Assembly: GCF_037042905.1 (NCBI RefSeq)
Contig: NC_087245.1
Span: 14,262,001-14,322,000, forward strand
Source: Lytechinus pictus
Lineage: Eukaryota
Direction: 5' to 3'
DNA length: 60,000 nucleotides
Shown: positions 26,846 through 38,935 of the stretch, in pieces
How the letters are laid out: every line of letters starts with the position of its first letter
How positions within the stretch are numbered: position 1 is the stretch's first letter
Notes under the pieces: model-generated
Databases searched by the model: none
Told to the model about the DNA's origin: nothing
Seen by the model: the letters and a program-made list of their open reading frames with translations, nothing else
Program-made: the position numbers and the translations under genes

Positions 26846-28669
26846 GTTTTTATGCCATGATGAAATGGGATGATTGAAATTAAAGGTTGGCTTCCTACTA
26901 AGAGGGTCACTGACTTCAGTTATGGAGTCTTACAAGTAATCTTCTAATGAAAACAATCGTCAGAAAGAGAGGGAATGTTTTGGTAACCATTGTTCCAATG
27001 CTTTATGCAATGATTTTTATCAATTGATGAATTTATCAGAATAATTCATAGTATAAACAAAACCATAAGTAAGCTTGAAATTTACCGGTATTCTTTATTG
27101 CATTATACATGTATACACTGCTTGTACAAGTATAATATATGAAATTGAAACCTTGTCAGTAGTAGATGTTTCTTAAAGCTTTTGCTCCATTTTGGGGAAC
27201 AAAATACTGCCAGTTTCATGGAAACATTTGCACCAAAAAAAATATATGTAATAGGACCTTCAAAAGTGGTAGTAAAATACACTTTCACACAGAAATACGA
27301 GTTTATTGCTAGAAATAATATTGTGCTGTTTACAATGTTGTAATCCCAGATTGATGGATATTTTCTCCATACGATATTCATTATTTTGTTTGTATTTTAT
27401 GTCCAATCATGTAGCATCACATTTTCAACATTTTCTACATAAATTATGCTCAGGTTTTCTCTGTTTCTTTTTGTATTTACTTTTTGTTGATAACAGTTTA
27501 TGTATGTGCCATGTACATGTTATCAATATTAAGTGAATGTGCACATGTTGACCCCAACAGTATGCAAACACAGGGCCTCTAATACCATTATATTGCAATA
27601 TTTTTGTACAATTGTGTAATATTGTCAATGCTGTCCTATGTGTGTACCAATAAACAAGGGTTCTATTTCATGCTGATAGGGCCTCAATTCAATGTACTAA
27701 ACCATTTCAAGATTGTCTATTTTTATATGGGAATAAAAGGTAGCATTGTATGATTTAATGACATTATAATGAACTCTTAGAATATGCAATTAGAATACAA
27801 AAATGTCTATTTCTTCATTTTAAGATAAGAATGGAGTCTGTCACCCCCATTCATGTGTGATAACTTATGGATTGAATATACAATGCATAAAAATATATTA
27901 ATTTGCCATCAATTAACATTTTGTTGGTAACTTTATTTGCTGACCTTTGCAGTGCTATACACATGCCCCCCCCCCCCCATGTGCTCATGATTAGCTCCAA
28001 TTAAATAGAATGTTATATTTGTAGGGGGGTGGTGACAAAGACACAATATACTTATGATTTATTTAGACAGGGTATATAATATATCTTCATATAATTTCCT
28101 GATAGAACTAAACAACTTTAGAAATGAAAACTGCATGTATGCTTGTTATGCATCAACACTTTAACTTGCCTTAATTAAGAGTTCAAATCAAACTTGAAAT
28201 TACAGTTGTCTTGTATCTTACATTAGTTATTTTTTACTATACAAATGGACTAGTTGATAATAAGTTTGTTATGTTAATGTTTGTATATGAGATTGTATAT
28301 TTCCTGTAGATGATGAAACCCAACAATGAATAAGTGAAATATACTATGAAATATGAAAGTGTCTTTTAAAGTTTCTTTCTGTTGCTTAATCTATTCCATT
28401 GTACACCCACACATATCCCCTGCTCTCACCCACATACTTTTTCTCAATATCGTTGTGTCGGTGCAAGGATGCCTGTGGAAAAACTTTTTCACGCACCGCG
28501 TACTTGTGCAATGCACTTATGTGTGCTGCTAAGGGCGTCCTTGCACCGACACAACGATATATGCTCTCCAGCCACCCACACTTTTAATTTATGCTCTATT
28601 TCACCCACACCCACATTTCATCATTCATGCTCCCTTTCACACACACATGTACATTTTTTTTTTAGTGAC

Positions 28670-29095
28670 GAAAGGGAGAGGAAAGGAAGGGGAAAAGAGG
28701 GAAAGAGATATAGATAAAAGAGAAGAGAGAAAAGATATGGAATGGAAAGAAAGGGGGAGAAATAGAAAGGGAAAAGGAGAAGAAATGAAAGGTGAATAGA
28801 GAAAGGGTGGAACAAAGGGGAGAGCAAAAAAAGAGAAAGGGTGAAGAGCAAGTAGAGAGGAGAAAGAGGGAATAAAGGAAAGGGGGAAAAAGAGAAAGAA
28901 AAAAGACAATGCAATGGGAGAGGGGAAACAAAAGGAAAAAAAGAGAACGAGAGAAGGAAAAGGGGGAAAGAGAATGGAATGGGAGAAGGGCAATAAAGGG
29001 AAAGGAAGAGTGGAGAGGAAGAGAAAGAAATGAGACGAAATTAAGTAAAGAAAATAGATGGGGGAAGAAACAAGAAGGAAGAAAAGTGACGAAAA
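28670..29095. repeat. Purine-rich (GA) low-complexity tract
   Basis: Almost exclusively A/G. Confidence 0.85.
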
Positions 29096-29484
29096 TGATA
29101 ATGTGAATGTTAAATCAAAATGTAATATAACAAAAATACTTGTCTGGTTTCCTTCCGGGTCAGTCAAACAATTTCAGTTCGCGCTTAGCGCTCGCATTAA
29201 TTGTTCATTTAGATACACAGAATGTTCTTTATTTCCAAACGTGCTTAAAATGCCCAATTTTTTTTCAGAATGAAACACTAACAATTTTCTGCTCGAGCTT
29301 CACGCACGCATATTTTATTTAGAAAAATATGCATCTATTTCATGATAAAAACAAATTCAAAAAATGTTCTTGTTTTAGGTCTTAACTAAAACAAAATTAG
29401 CTCGCGATCGCAATTATTGTTTATTGAGATGAATATCTTGTTCTTCATTAGAAATGTGCTTTAACTGTCTAGTTTTCGGAATAG

Positions 29485-30088
29485 TAAAGGGATGGTCCAG
29501 GCTGGAAATATTTATATCCCAATAAATATAGTAAAATTCACAGAGCAATATGCTGAAAGTTTGATCAAAATTGGATAACAAAGTTATTGAATTTTAAAGA
29601 TTTGCATTATTCCGGTGAAACAGATCTAGGCATGTTTTTATGAATATTCATCAGGTGGGCTGATGATGTCATATCCCCACTTGTTCTTTTGTATTTTATT
29701 TTATGAAATTAGGTTTATTCGAAATTTTTCTACCAAGAATTAAAACAAGTGGATTGACAACTGATTAAGTGCATTAGTTATTTATTGCCACAATTTATAT
29801 CATCATAATGGAGACACATCATTTACACATGTATGAAACAATGAAACATTTATGATTTCATGTAATAACATAAGAAAAAAGAAAGTGGGGATGTGACATC
29901 ATCAGCCCACCTTATGAATATTTAAAAAAAAATGCCTAGAACTGTTTCACCGGAATAATGCAAATCTTTAAAATTCAATAAGTTTGTTATTTGTTATCCG
30001 ATTATGATGAAATTTTCAGCATCCTGCTCTGTGAATTTTACTCTAGTTATTGGGATATAAATATTTTCGGCCCGGACTATCCTTTTAA
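29485..30088. mobile_element. Palindromic MITE with long TIRs (TTAA/AGG-ended, Kolobok- or piggyBac-like)
   Basis: taaagggatggtccaggctggaaatatttatatcccaataa... mirrored by ...ttattgggatataaatattttcggcccggactatccttttaa; arms ~200 bp. Confidence 0.75.
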
Positions 30089-30359
30089 GCCTTTTTAAAT
30101 CAGGCTTCGCGCTCACATCAATTGTGTAGTAAATAAGATACTATCCTTCTCATTGTATAACTAAGATGCTTGAATGCCCTGTATCCGGATAGGAAAAACA
30201 AAACTTTTCAGTAATTATCATATTACATGCCCATCTTGTTCAGGATCCCAAACATTGCCCAGAATGTTCAATTTTCAGGACAAAATACATGAAATTTCCA
30301 CACACAAAAAAATTAGCTCGCACTTCGCGCTCTGAATATTTAGATAGGGCTTGAGATTA

Positions 30360-33300
30360 TAATATACTTAATAAGTATATATATTGTTTTAAAATGTGAG
30401 AGGAATGCGGGATAAAACGAAAAAAAGCAAAATTACATCGTGGCTTCGTGCACAAAAGACAGATAGTTTGTTTACAAGAAACTTACTGGACGAAAGAACT
30501 AGAACACGAGATTTCATCACAAAGGAATTGTGCATGTTTTTTAGTAATGGGTCTAACCACTCTAAATATTATATAGAAATTACCTCTAGAAATTGTAAAC
30601 GTCTATGCCAGAAATGATGGAAGGACCGTTGCTCTTAGATTAATGTATAACAATTGCTGTTATTTATTATTGAATTTTTATGCGCAAACAAAGTATTCTG
30701 ATAAAGTCATATTTTTTAAAAACCTGCTCCGAAATTAAGAAACCTGAAGATATATTAATTTGTGGAGGTGATTGGAATACTACACAAACTTATTTAGATT
30801 CTCGTGGCACATCTTGTGTCTATAAATCACCCAATCATTTCAAGAAATTCATTCAAAAAATGAATTGGTTGATGTTTGGAGAAAATTGTATCCCACGAAG
30901 AAACAATTTTCTTGGCGACAGAGGTTTTTTGGTGTCTATTCTAGATTAGATTAAGATTACTGGCTAATTTTAACAACACTATATCCTTCAATGTACAGCA
31001 CTGATATACGCCCAGCACTAGCTTAATTGTGATCATAATGCCATTTCGCTAAAGTTGAATTTGAGTGGTATTGGGAAAGGAAAAGGTTATTGGAAAGTAA
31101 ACAATTCACACTTACTAGAACAAGACTTTATAATCTGTATTAAACATGTGATTAATAAAGTAAAAATGGAATTCATGAATGAAAGTCCACTGCTTTTATG
31201 GGAAATGTGTAAAATTAAAATAAAAGAGGTCACTGTGAAGTATTCTAAACAAAAATAAGAAGAAAGAAAATGTTATTTTACAAAGTAACAAGATGAGTTC
31301 AATAAACAGAGTGAAAAGGCCGATGAAAATCCAACCAAGAAAGAAATTGATAAGTTAGAAACAATCAGAAATGAATTAGATAAACTTTACACATATAAGT
31401 GCAAAGGTGTGTATATTAGAGCTAGGGAGAAATGGATGGAGTCTGGCGAAAAGTCGTCCAAGTATTTTTTTTTTAAAGAAACCATAAATGGCATGAAAAA
31501 AAGAGATTAACTGTATTGTACAAAACGGTAAAACATTTACAAAGAAAACAGAAATTTTGAAGATTATTAATAATTATTTCAGTAAATTGTACAAAAATAG
31601 CTATAACGATAATGAAATGAACATCAAATCATACTTAAAAATATTGAATTGAAAGTATTTGATGAGAAGGATGCACTAAGTTGTGAGGGACTGGTAACCG
31701 AAAATGAGTGTTATAAAGCTTTGCTTTCAATGCAAAATAACAAGGCACCTGGTTGCGATGGATTGAGTTCGGAGTTTTACAAATGTTTTTGATTTGCTAA
31801 TCGACAGTCTAAATGAAGGATACGTTCAAGGGGGTTTGACAGAAAGTCAAAGACAAGGTATACTCACACTGTTATTGAAAAAGGGGATAGTAGATTATTA
31901 GACAATTGGAGGCCAATCTCATTATTAAATATAGACTATAAGATTTTAGCGAGAGTTTTTTCACAACGACTTCAACGAGTAATCCATAAAATTGTTTCGT
32001 TTTGACCAAACAGGTTATATTAAGGGGCGTTCAGCCTCAGATAACTTAAGGTTGGTACAAGATGTTATTGATTATTGCAAAATTTTGGAACAAGGATTGG
32101 TACTTTTTCTAGACGTCAAACAAGTATTTGATTGTGTGAGACATAGCTTTCTTTTCGAAACCCTGTCAAGATTAAAATTTCAAAAATTCATTTATCCAAT
32201 GGGCTAAAGTATTTTATAAAAACGCTGGAGGCAAAGTAATAAATAATGGTTGGATTTCAAAACAGTTTAAGATAGAAAAGGGTGTAAGGCAAGGGTGCCC
32301 TCTACCGGCTTTGTTATTTGTTTTAGTTGTTGAAGTAATGGCGTCACAGATAAGGTCAAACAAGATAGTCAGTGGTATTAAGATTCCATTCCACAAAATA
32401 CCATTTTCAAAAGAATTAAAGATCTCACAGTTAGCAGACGACACCGCTCTTTTTGTTAATTCCGTCCAGGCAGGAAATGTCGCAATTCATGATGTTATTA
32501 AGTTCGGGGATTATTCTGGCTTAAAACTTAATTTAGACAAAACCAAAGTTATGCCACTTAATATAAATTATAATCAAACAAATGGTATATGCAGCTTGGA
32601 ATGGTCTGATGAACCAATTAAATATCTTGGGGTTGTATTATGCAAGAACACAAATGACTTTAATGTCCTTAATTGGTCTGTAAAGATAGATACAATTAAA
32701 CGTATTATAAATCTTTGGAAGATGAGTAATTTGACATACTATGGGAGAATAGTTATTATAAAAATGTTACTTGTATCACAGTTAATATACTTATGCACAT
32801 GCTACATCATGCCCCAAAATTATATCAAAGAACTTAATAAAATAATTCATTCATTTTTATGGAATTCTAAAAGAGAAAAAGCGAAAAAGAGCTTCCATTA
32901 TTAATTCACCCCAATATGGGGGTTTGGGTATGATTGACATAAATTCTAGATTAAAATCACTCACACTTTCCTGGTTACCAAAAATTGTAAGAGGTGATGA
33001 ACCACCATGGAAATATATTTGTGAGTTTTGGTTACATAAATTAGGCGGTATACCATTATCCATTCAATTTAATTGTCCTCCAGTAGACATGATCAAATTA
33101 TGCAAAAAAATATTCATTACCTACATTTTATACAGACTCACTTCATGGGTTGAACTTCACTATCTTAATATATTCGAAGTAACTCAATTTGAAAATGAAA
33201 TCATATGGAATGATTCAAATGTAAAACCTGAAAACAAGTTATTGTATTTCAGAAAATGGTACGATAAGGGTATAGTAAAAGTACATCATTTAATTGAAAA

Positions 33301-34980
33301 TGGATCATGGAAAAACTCTGAAAGTATTACAGACATACTGTCGATGAATTCTCTTTGTATCTTATTTCAATATGCTAAAATTAAAACCGCTTTTCCAAAA
33401 TATTGGTTCGATAAGTTGAACACTGCTCAGCTTGAAAATCACGGTGATCAACGAATGCGAAACGATACATTTATTCAAATTAAAACCGGTGACTCAATTG
33501 ACATTACAATATAAAAACAAAACAATTCTACACATATTTTGTATATTTAAAAAAGAATTTACACCCAACGGTGTTATATTTTTGGCAAGATAGGCTATCA
33601 CTTGCAGAAGATTATGATTGGAGCAAATTGCTAAAATTTAAGTTTGGAAAATTATTTAATAACAAAGTTAAACAATATAATTTCAAATTGCTGCATCAGA
33701 TTTTGCCGTATAAAGAGAATTTAGTTCGATGGAATATCACATCAGACATGACTTGTAACCTGTAACCATTGTAAACAAATTGAAACTCTAGATCATGTTT
33801 TGTTGCATTGTCCACATGTGAATTTATTTTGGCAGAAACTACGGTATTTCATTAAGATCCAATTTAATGTGAATATTCAAATTAATGAGAAACATTATTG
33901 ATTGGCCACGATGTTGAAAATGAAAACATGGCTTTTCTGAATGTAATTTTGGTTTTCGCACAATATACGATTTACTTTTTAAAAATTCAGTTATTTTTCT
34001 ATGTTGTCAGATTTCAAGAGAGAATTAGTCATTAAATTTGAGATTTCTTGAAAAGAGTAATAAGATAAGATTAACAGAAAAACAGTACAATGAAATCAAA
34101 AGCTTGTGAAATGTGAAACCAATTGTATATATTGTTTGTGTTTGTTTATTGATTGCAATGTAAAAGAGTAATAAGATAAAAATAACAGAAAAACAGTACA
34201 ATGAAATCAAAAGCTTGTGAAATGTGAAACTAATTGTATATATTGTTTGTGTTTGTTTATTGATTTTAATGTAATAATACATCTGATGAGGACAAACAAA
34301 ATCGTCACTCATTTCGGATTAACTAATAATGAAAAGTTAATGGTGGTGCATGATAATAGCAAGTTAGGTTATGGTATCTGTTGAGAAGAAGAAATACTGT
34401 TAATATGAAATGTTGATGTTATACAACTTCTGTCTTTCTTGACTTTATATACATACAGGCTGAGAATTTATTGCCCAGCAGTAGAAAAGGGGCTCTTTAT
34501 TTTTTTTGGGGGGGATTGCCCTATATACCCTTCCAATTAACTGTAAGAGAGAGAGATGGTTTATGTATCCAATTAAATTTTAAATATGCATAATGTAAGT
34601 ACATTAAGATTATTATTATTTCATGAGACAAGGGTATGTTAGAGATTAAGTAAGAAATATTCAACTTTGAAAAAGTGGCTGGATATGATTTGATGATCAA
34701 TTATGAAAAATAACATTATTTAAAAAACAATATTCATATATCTATTGTTTGTTATTAAGCTATATTTTTTGCATTTTATATTATTGCAGTATATTTTTTC
34801 TGAAATTTCATCATGTTCTATTTCGTGTCGTTGTTTTCTTGTAATAGAAGTCAATGTATATTTATTTTGCAATGTAATAGTGTGATCATTTAGAGATTGA
34901 TTCATTTTTTTGGTGTAAAAATATGTCAGTGGGATTTGTTTTGAACCCGTTAACCATGAGTAAATTCAACAATTAAAAAA
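30360..34980 (+). mobile_element. Decayed L1/Tx1-clade non-LTR retrotransposon (ORF2: AP endonuclease, RT, C-terminal Cys/His motif) with AT-rich 3' region; ends approximate
   Basis: Frameshifted fragments NVRGMRD, ILICGGDWNT, DHNAISL, GKGYWKVNNS, KAPGCDGLSSEFY, NWRPISLLNIDYKILA, DQTGYIKGR, GVRQGCPL, QLADDT, KYLGV, ETLDHVLLHC. Confidence 0.9.
34051..34272. repeat. 111-bp tandem duplication in LINE 3' region
   Basis: aaaagagtaataagataa...gtttgtttattgatt at 34051 and 34162. Confidence 0.85.
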
Positions 34981-36032
34981 ACTATTAATGATATGAATAA
35001 GAACTTATAGGCTAGTAAAGAGGGATAATTATTAAAAGGATCTGTACGAAATAAGGTTTTTGCACTGTTATTTTTATTCTTGTAGTTCTTATACCAAGGA
35101 GATCCGCGATGAAGTTGAATGTATCACGTCAATCGATAATTTTTATTTTTTATAGTTGGTGAAATTGTGACTATATTATTTCACATAATAAAAATATGGC
35201 AGCTTGCATAGTAAAAAAAAATATTGTTTTTAAACAATTAACCCAAGAAGTGACTGTTATAGACTTCCCCTTCAAAGAAACCACACCCCAAAAATCAACT
35301 TTGAGGTGCCAATCGGGGAAAATATGGGTGAAAAACCTTTTCGGCCCTCCTCCCCTATTAGCTAAAGATGGATCCGCCCCTGAATATTCGAGTATGTACT
35401 TACTAAGATCCTTTATTGCTCTCAGTACAAGATAGGCTATTGACAGTAGGGCGATTACATAAGTGTCGTACGGAACATTTTGATAACAATTTATAGTCTC
35501 TTAGCCGAATGCTTGACCAATAAAACTTTCTTTTTTTGTCAATGATAAAGTTAAAGCGGGTAATGATGTGAAAACTGATAACCAACAAAGAATGTTTGGG
35601 TACGGGTGAATTAAAGATGAAAATGTTGTGTGTCGTACAAGACTCAGCAATGTCCCATACGACACGCAATATTTCGACCTATAATTCACCCATACTCTAA
35701 CATATTTTTGTTGGTTGTCATAACTTTACATAATTACCCAGTAGTACTTTAATATGACCAGAAAACAAATTGAAGTTCCTCGTTTGTTTGGACACCAGGT
35801 TGAAAAGTGTTGTGAAAATGGAAGATTTTTCTAGCGTGGAATCGTCCAGTAAGACATAATGCCTTCGGATCTTAGTGGAGCTAAGCTCCATGCTATATCT
35901 GTCGAGTTGCTTCCTTGTCTCATAAATTCTGCTGCAGACTGCATTCAAAATAATGAATAAATACTAAATGAAAAAATACAAATGATCAATCAATATGGGG
36001 GTCAGTAGTTATGGGTTAGACCTCATACCAAT

Positions 36033-36330
36033 TTGACCTTTGACCTACTTAACCTTTGACCTTTGACCCATGACCTTTGACCGCATGACCTTTGACCCCA
36101 ACTTCCGGTCACTGTTGACCCCGTGACCCCACCTTCCGGTCAATCATGACCTTTGACCTTTGGGTACGCGGTAAACAGGAAATTGGATAATGGAGCGCGG
36201 GAAGCGATTTTAATTGGATAATGGAGCGCGGGACGCGATTTTAATTGGATAATGACTCCGCGTGGGGACGCCATCTTAATTGGATAATGAAGCGCAGGAC
36301 GCGATTTTAATTGGATAATGACTCCGCGTG
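36033..36330. promoter_or_regulatory. Subterminal motif array: TGACCTTTGACC repeats, CTTCCGG x2, five 31-35-bp AATTGGATAATG units (mirrored at ~40609-40906)
   Basis: Read directly; motifs match nuclear-receptor half sites/DR1, ETS core and CCAAT box; function inferred. Confidence 0.5.
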
Positions 36331-37418
36331 TCGACCTTATCGCACGATGCAGCGACGTTGCACGGGCATATGATACGATGCACAAAACAGACGTATGATT
36401 TATACATGCAGTTTCCTATCGAAAAAAGTTGTCTTTCTCCGCCTACCGGCGGATATGTCAAGTGCCGCGCATGACGTCACCTGCTACGTAAGCACCGTGA
36501 TGTCATCCCAGGGAATTACCCTTTACCCGGTATTGCACCACCGTGGCGCAATCGTCACGTATAGGATACGATGCACAAAATAGACGTATGATTTCTATAC
36601 AGTTAAAAAGTGAAAAGTTATCTTTCTCCGCCTACCAGCGGATATGTCAAGTGCCTCGCGGTTCACGAATCGATCGCCCCATGCACGGCCAACGCGCGTC
36701 ATTGAACTTGGGATATCCTATTCAAGGTGAAAGCCGGCTCTCTCTGTCTCTTATTACAACAATTATTGGTAATCCAACATGTGATTATAATCATGACATC
36801 TCAAGCTCTACTCATTCCAGACTTTCCCCCATCAAAACTCTCTGACTTTTCCATACCGTTTTGTACATACTTTTCATTTAACTCACATGACCTGCACGGC
36901 TCTCTGACCCGCAAAAGTATGTATATTGAAACCCGCAGACGACTCCTTTCAATCAACTTCATTCATCCGCAGTACAGATGGTGATAACATGAAACACTAT
37001 ACAGTCAAGGATGATTCTTTATTATTACTATCATTTATTCTATTCCATTTCAATGTAGATAGGTTCAATTAGTGTATAAACAGCAGATTTTGATACAAAG
37101 GTAAAAATAATGTAAGATATGTTCTCAAATTACGTTGTCACAACAAAATAATTAACTGTTCATTGTTAATATTAAAGTGAAGTTCTCGTTTTTTTCTTTT
37201 CCTTCGCTTAACTTATTGGATTGTAACACATGTCTATGGATGGCATTCAGAAAATATGAACACAATGAAGTTCAAACTGTCATTTATGCCCGCATTTATG
37301 TTGACGGCGTTTTCTTGGATTATTCGACAAGCTGATGTTTGTGCCTTTAGTTGTAGGTTCCATCTTCACCCTCCGTTTCTTCTCCACCATCATCATTATC
37401 GTCATCGTCACCTTGATA

Positions 37419-37997
37419 CTAGAATAAACCATCGAATTGTGAACCATGCCTGGCTAACACTCTCTGTACGGCTTTCCGGAATTCCATGCCATTCTCTAAT
37501 CTTTCCGTGAGATCGGACACGATTTCACGATTGATGTCAGCGTCTTCGAGGTACACGTTCTGCTGCAAGAACTGAGAGTACAGATCGAAAAAGATGCGTT
37601 TGACTGCCCACATTAGTTTCACGTGAGCCTTTGCTTTAGCGTCTTCTTCTTCCATTCCTTCTGAGATGTATTTCTGATATTTTTCGTCTCTCAAGTCCTT
37701 GGTGGCCGTCATGGCTTGCTCTAACCATCCTCGATAAGCGAGGTTGTCTTCAGTTTCTTCCATGTTTGCTGTCATTGACGATTCGTGTCCATCGCTTTCT
37801 GATACGCTCGTTTCGGAATCACCGTTGGATTCTTCAACATTTTGCATTTGAGAGGATGGGTCGGATTCTTCATCTTCACTCGTTTCTTCTCCAGTATCAT
37901 GCTCAATTTGTTCATGCCTCTGCATGTTATATTTCCTACTAAAAGTTTTATCGCATCGTGAACAAGCGTAACGGTTGGACATATCCAATATATTCAT
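37419..37997 (-). CDS. C2H2 zinc-finger + acidic linker + helical-domain protein (192 aa), left-arm copy
   Basis: ATG MNILDMSNRYA-C-x2-C-x12-H-x4-H (CSRCDKTFSRKYNMQRHEQIEH); intronless; identical to right-arm copy. Confidence 0.75.
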   Translation of the reverse strand: MNILDMSNRYACSRCDKTFSRKYNMQRHEQIEHDTGEETSEDEESDPSSQMQNVEESNGDSETSVSESDGHESSMTANMEETEDNLAYRGWLEQAMTATKDLRDEKYQKYISEGMEEEDAKAKAHVKLMWAVKRIFFDLYSQFLQQNVYLEDADINREIVSDLTERLENGMEFRKAVQRVLARHGSQFDGLF

Positions 37998-38090
37998 GCT
38001 GACTCGATGATTATTTGTTGGGAAATGAAGAAAATTAACGTTCAAACTTGTAATTATACGTAATCATGAAACGCGCGCGAAGGTACTTTG

Positions 38091-38410
38091 ATTCTTACGG
38101 ATTTTTACGCATTCTTACGGATTCTTACTCATTCTTACTCATTCTTACGGATGTTTACTCATTCTTACTCATTCTTACGGATTCTTACTCATTCTTACGG
38201 ATGTTTACTCATTCTTACTCATTCTTACGGATTCTTACTCATTCTTACGGATTCTTACGGATTCTTACTCATTCTTACGGATGTTTACGGATTCTTACGG
38301 ATGTTTACGGATTCTTACGGATGTTTACGGATTCTTACGGATTTTTACGGATTCTTACGGATGTTTACGGATTCTTACGGATGTTTACGGATTCTTACGG
38401 ATTTTTACGG
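38091..38410 (+). repeat. 10-bp satellite x32 (ATTCTTACGG / ATTCTTACTC / ATGTTTACGG variants)
   Basis: Exact 10-bp phase in the listing. Confidence 0.97.
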
Positions 38411-38428
38411 ATTAATCAATGCTTTCAT

Positions 38429-38561
38429 ATAATCTCAAGGAAAATATGTTCATCCACGCTGGAATGACCCATGCAGCATGGGTCATTCCAAATAATCTCA
38501 AGGAAAATATGTTCATCCACGCTAGAATGACCCATGCTGCATGGGTCATTCCAACGTGGAT
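38429..38561. repeat. Central 63-bp direct repeat x2, each ending in a 31-nt hairpin
   Basis: ataatctcaaggaaaatatgttcatccacgct(g/a)gaatgacccatgc(A/T)gcatgggtcattcca starting at 38429 and 38492. Confidence 0.95.
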
Positions 38562-38842
38562 CCGTAAGGATCCGTAAACATCCGTAAACATCCGTAAACA
38601 TCCGTAAGAATCCGTAAACATCCGTAAGAATCCGTAAAAAATCCGTAAGAATCCGTAAGAATGAGTAAGAATCCGTAAGAATCCGTAAGAATGAGTAAGA
38701 ATCCGTAAGAATGAGTAAGAATGAGTAAACATCCGTAAGAATGAGTAAGAATCCGTAAGAATGAGTAAGAATGAGTAAACATCCGTAAGAATGAGTAAGA
38801 ATGAGTAAGAATCCGTAAGAATGCGTAAAAATCCGTAAGAAT
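38562..38842 (-). repeat. 10-bp satellite, inverted copy (~28 units)
   Basis: ccgtaagaat / gagtaagaat / ccgtaaacat units. Confidence 0.97.
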
Positions 38843-38935
38843 CAAAGTACCTTCGCGCGCGTTTCATGATTACGTATAATTACAAGTTTGAACGTTAATT
38901 TTCTTCATTTCCCAACAAATAATCATCGAGTCAGC

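Noticed and set aside
28621..29167. Phe/Leu/Ser-rich and Lys/Arg/Glu-rich ORFs
   Set aside because: Low-complexity GA/TC tract.
36181..36330. Regularly spaced AATTGGATAATG repeats as a CRISPR-like array
   Set aside because: The intervening sequences are similar to each other rather than unique spacers, the context is eukaryotic, and there are no cas genes.
38066..38867. ORFs of 99-151 aa (…DSYGFLRILT…)
   Set aside because: Translations of the 10-bp satellite, which lacks stops in several frames.
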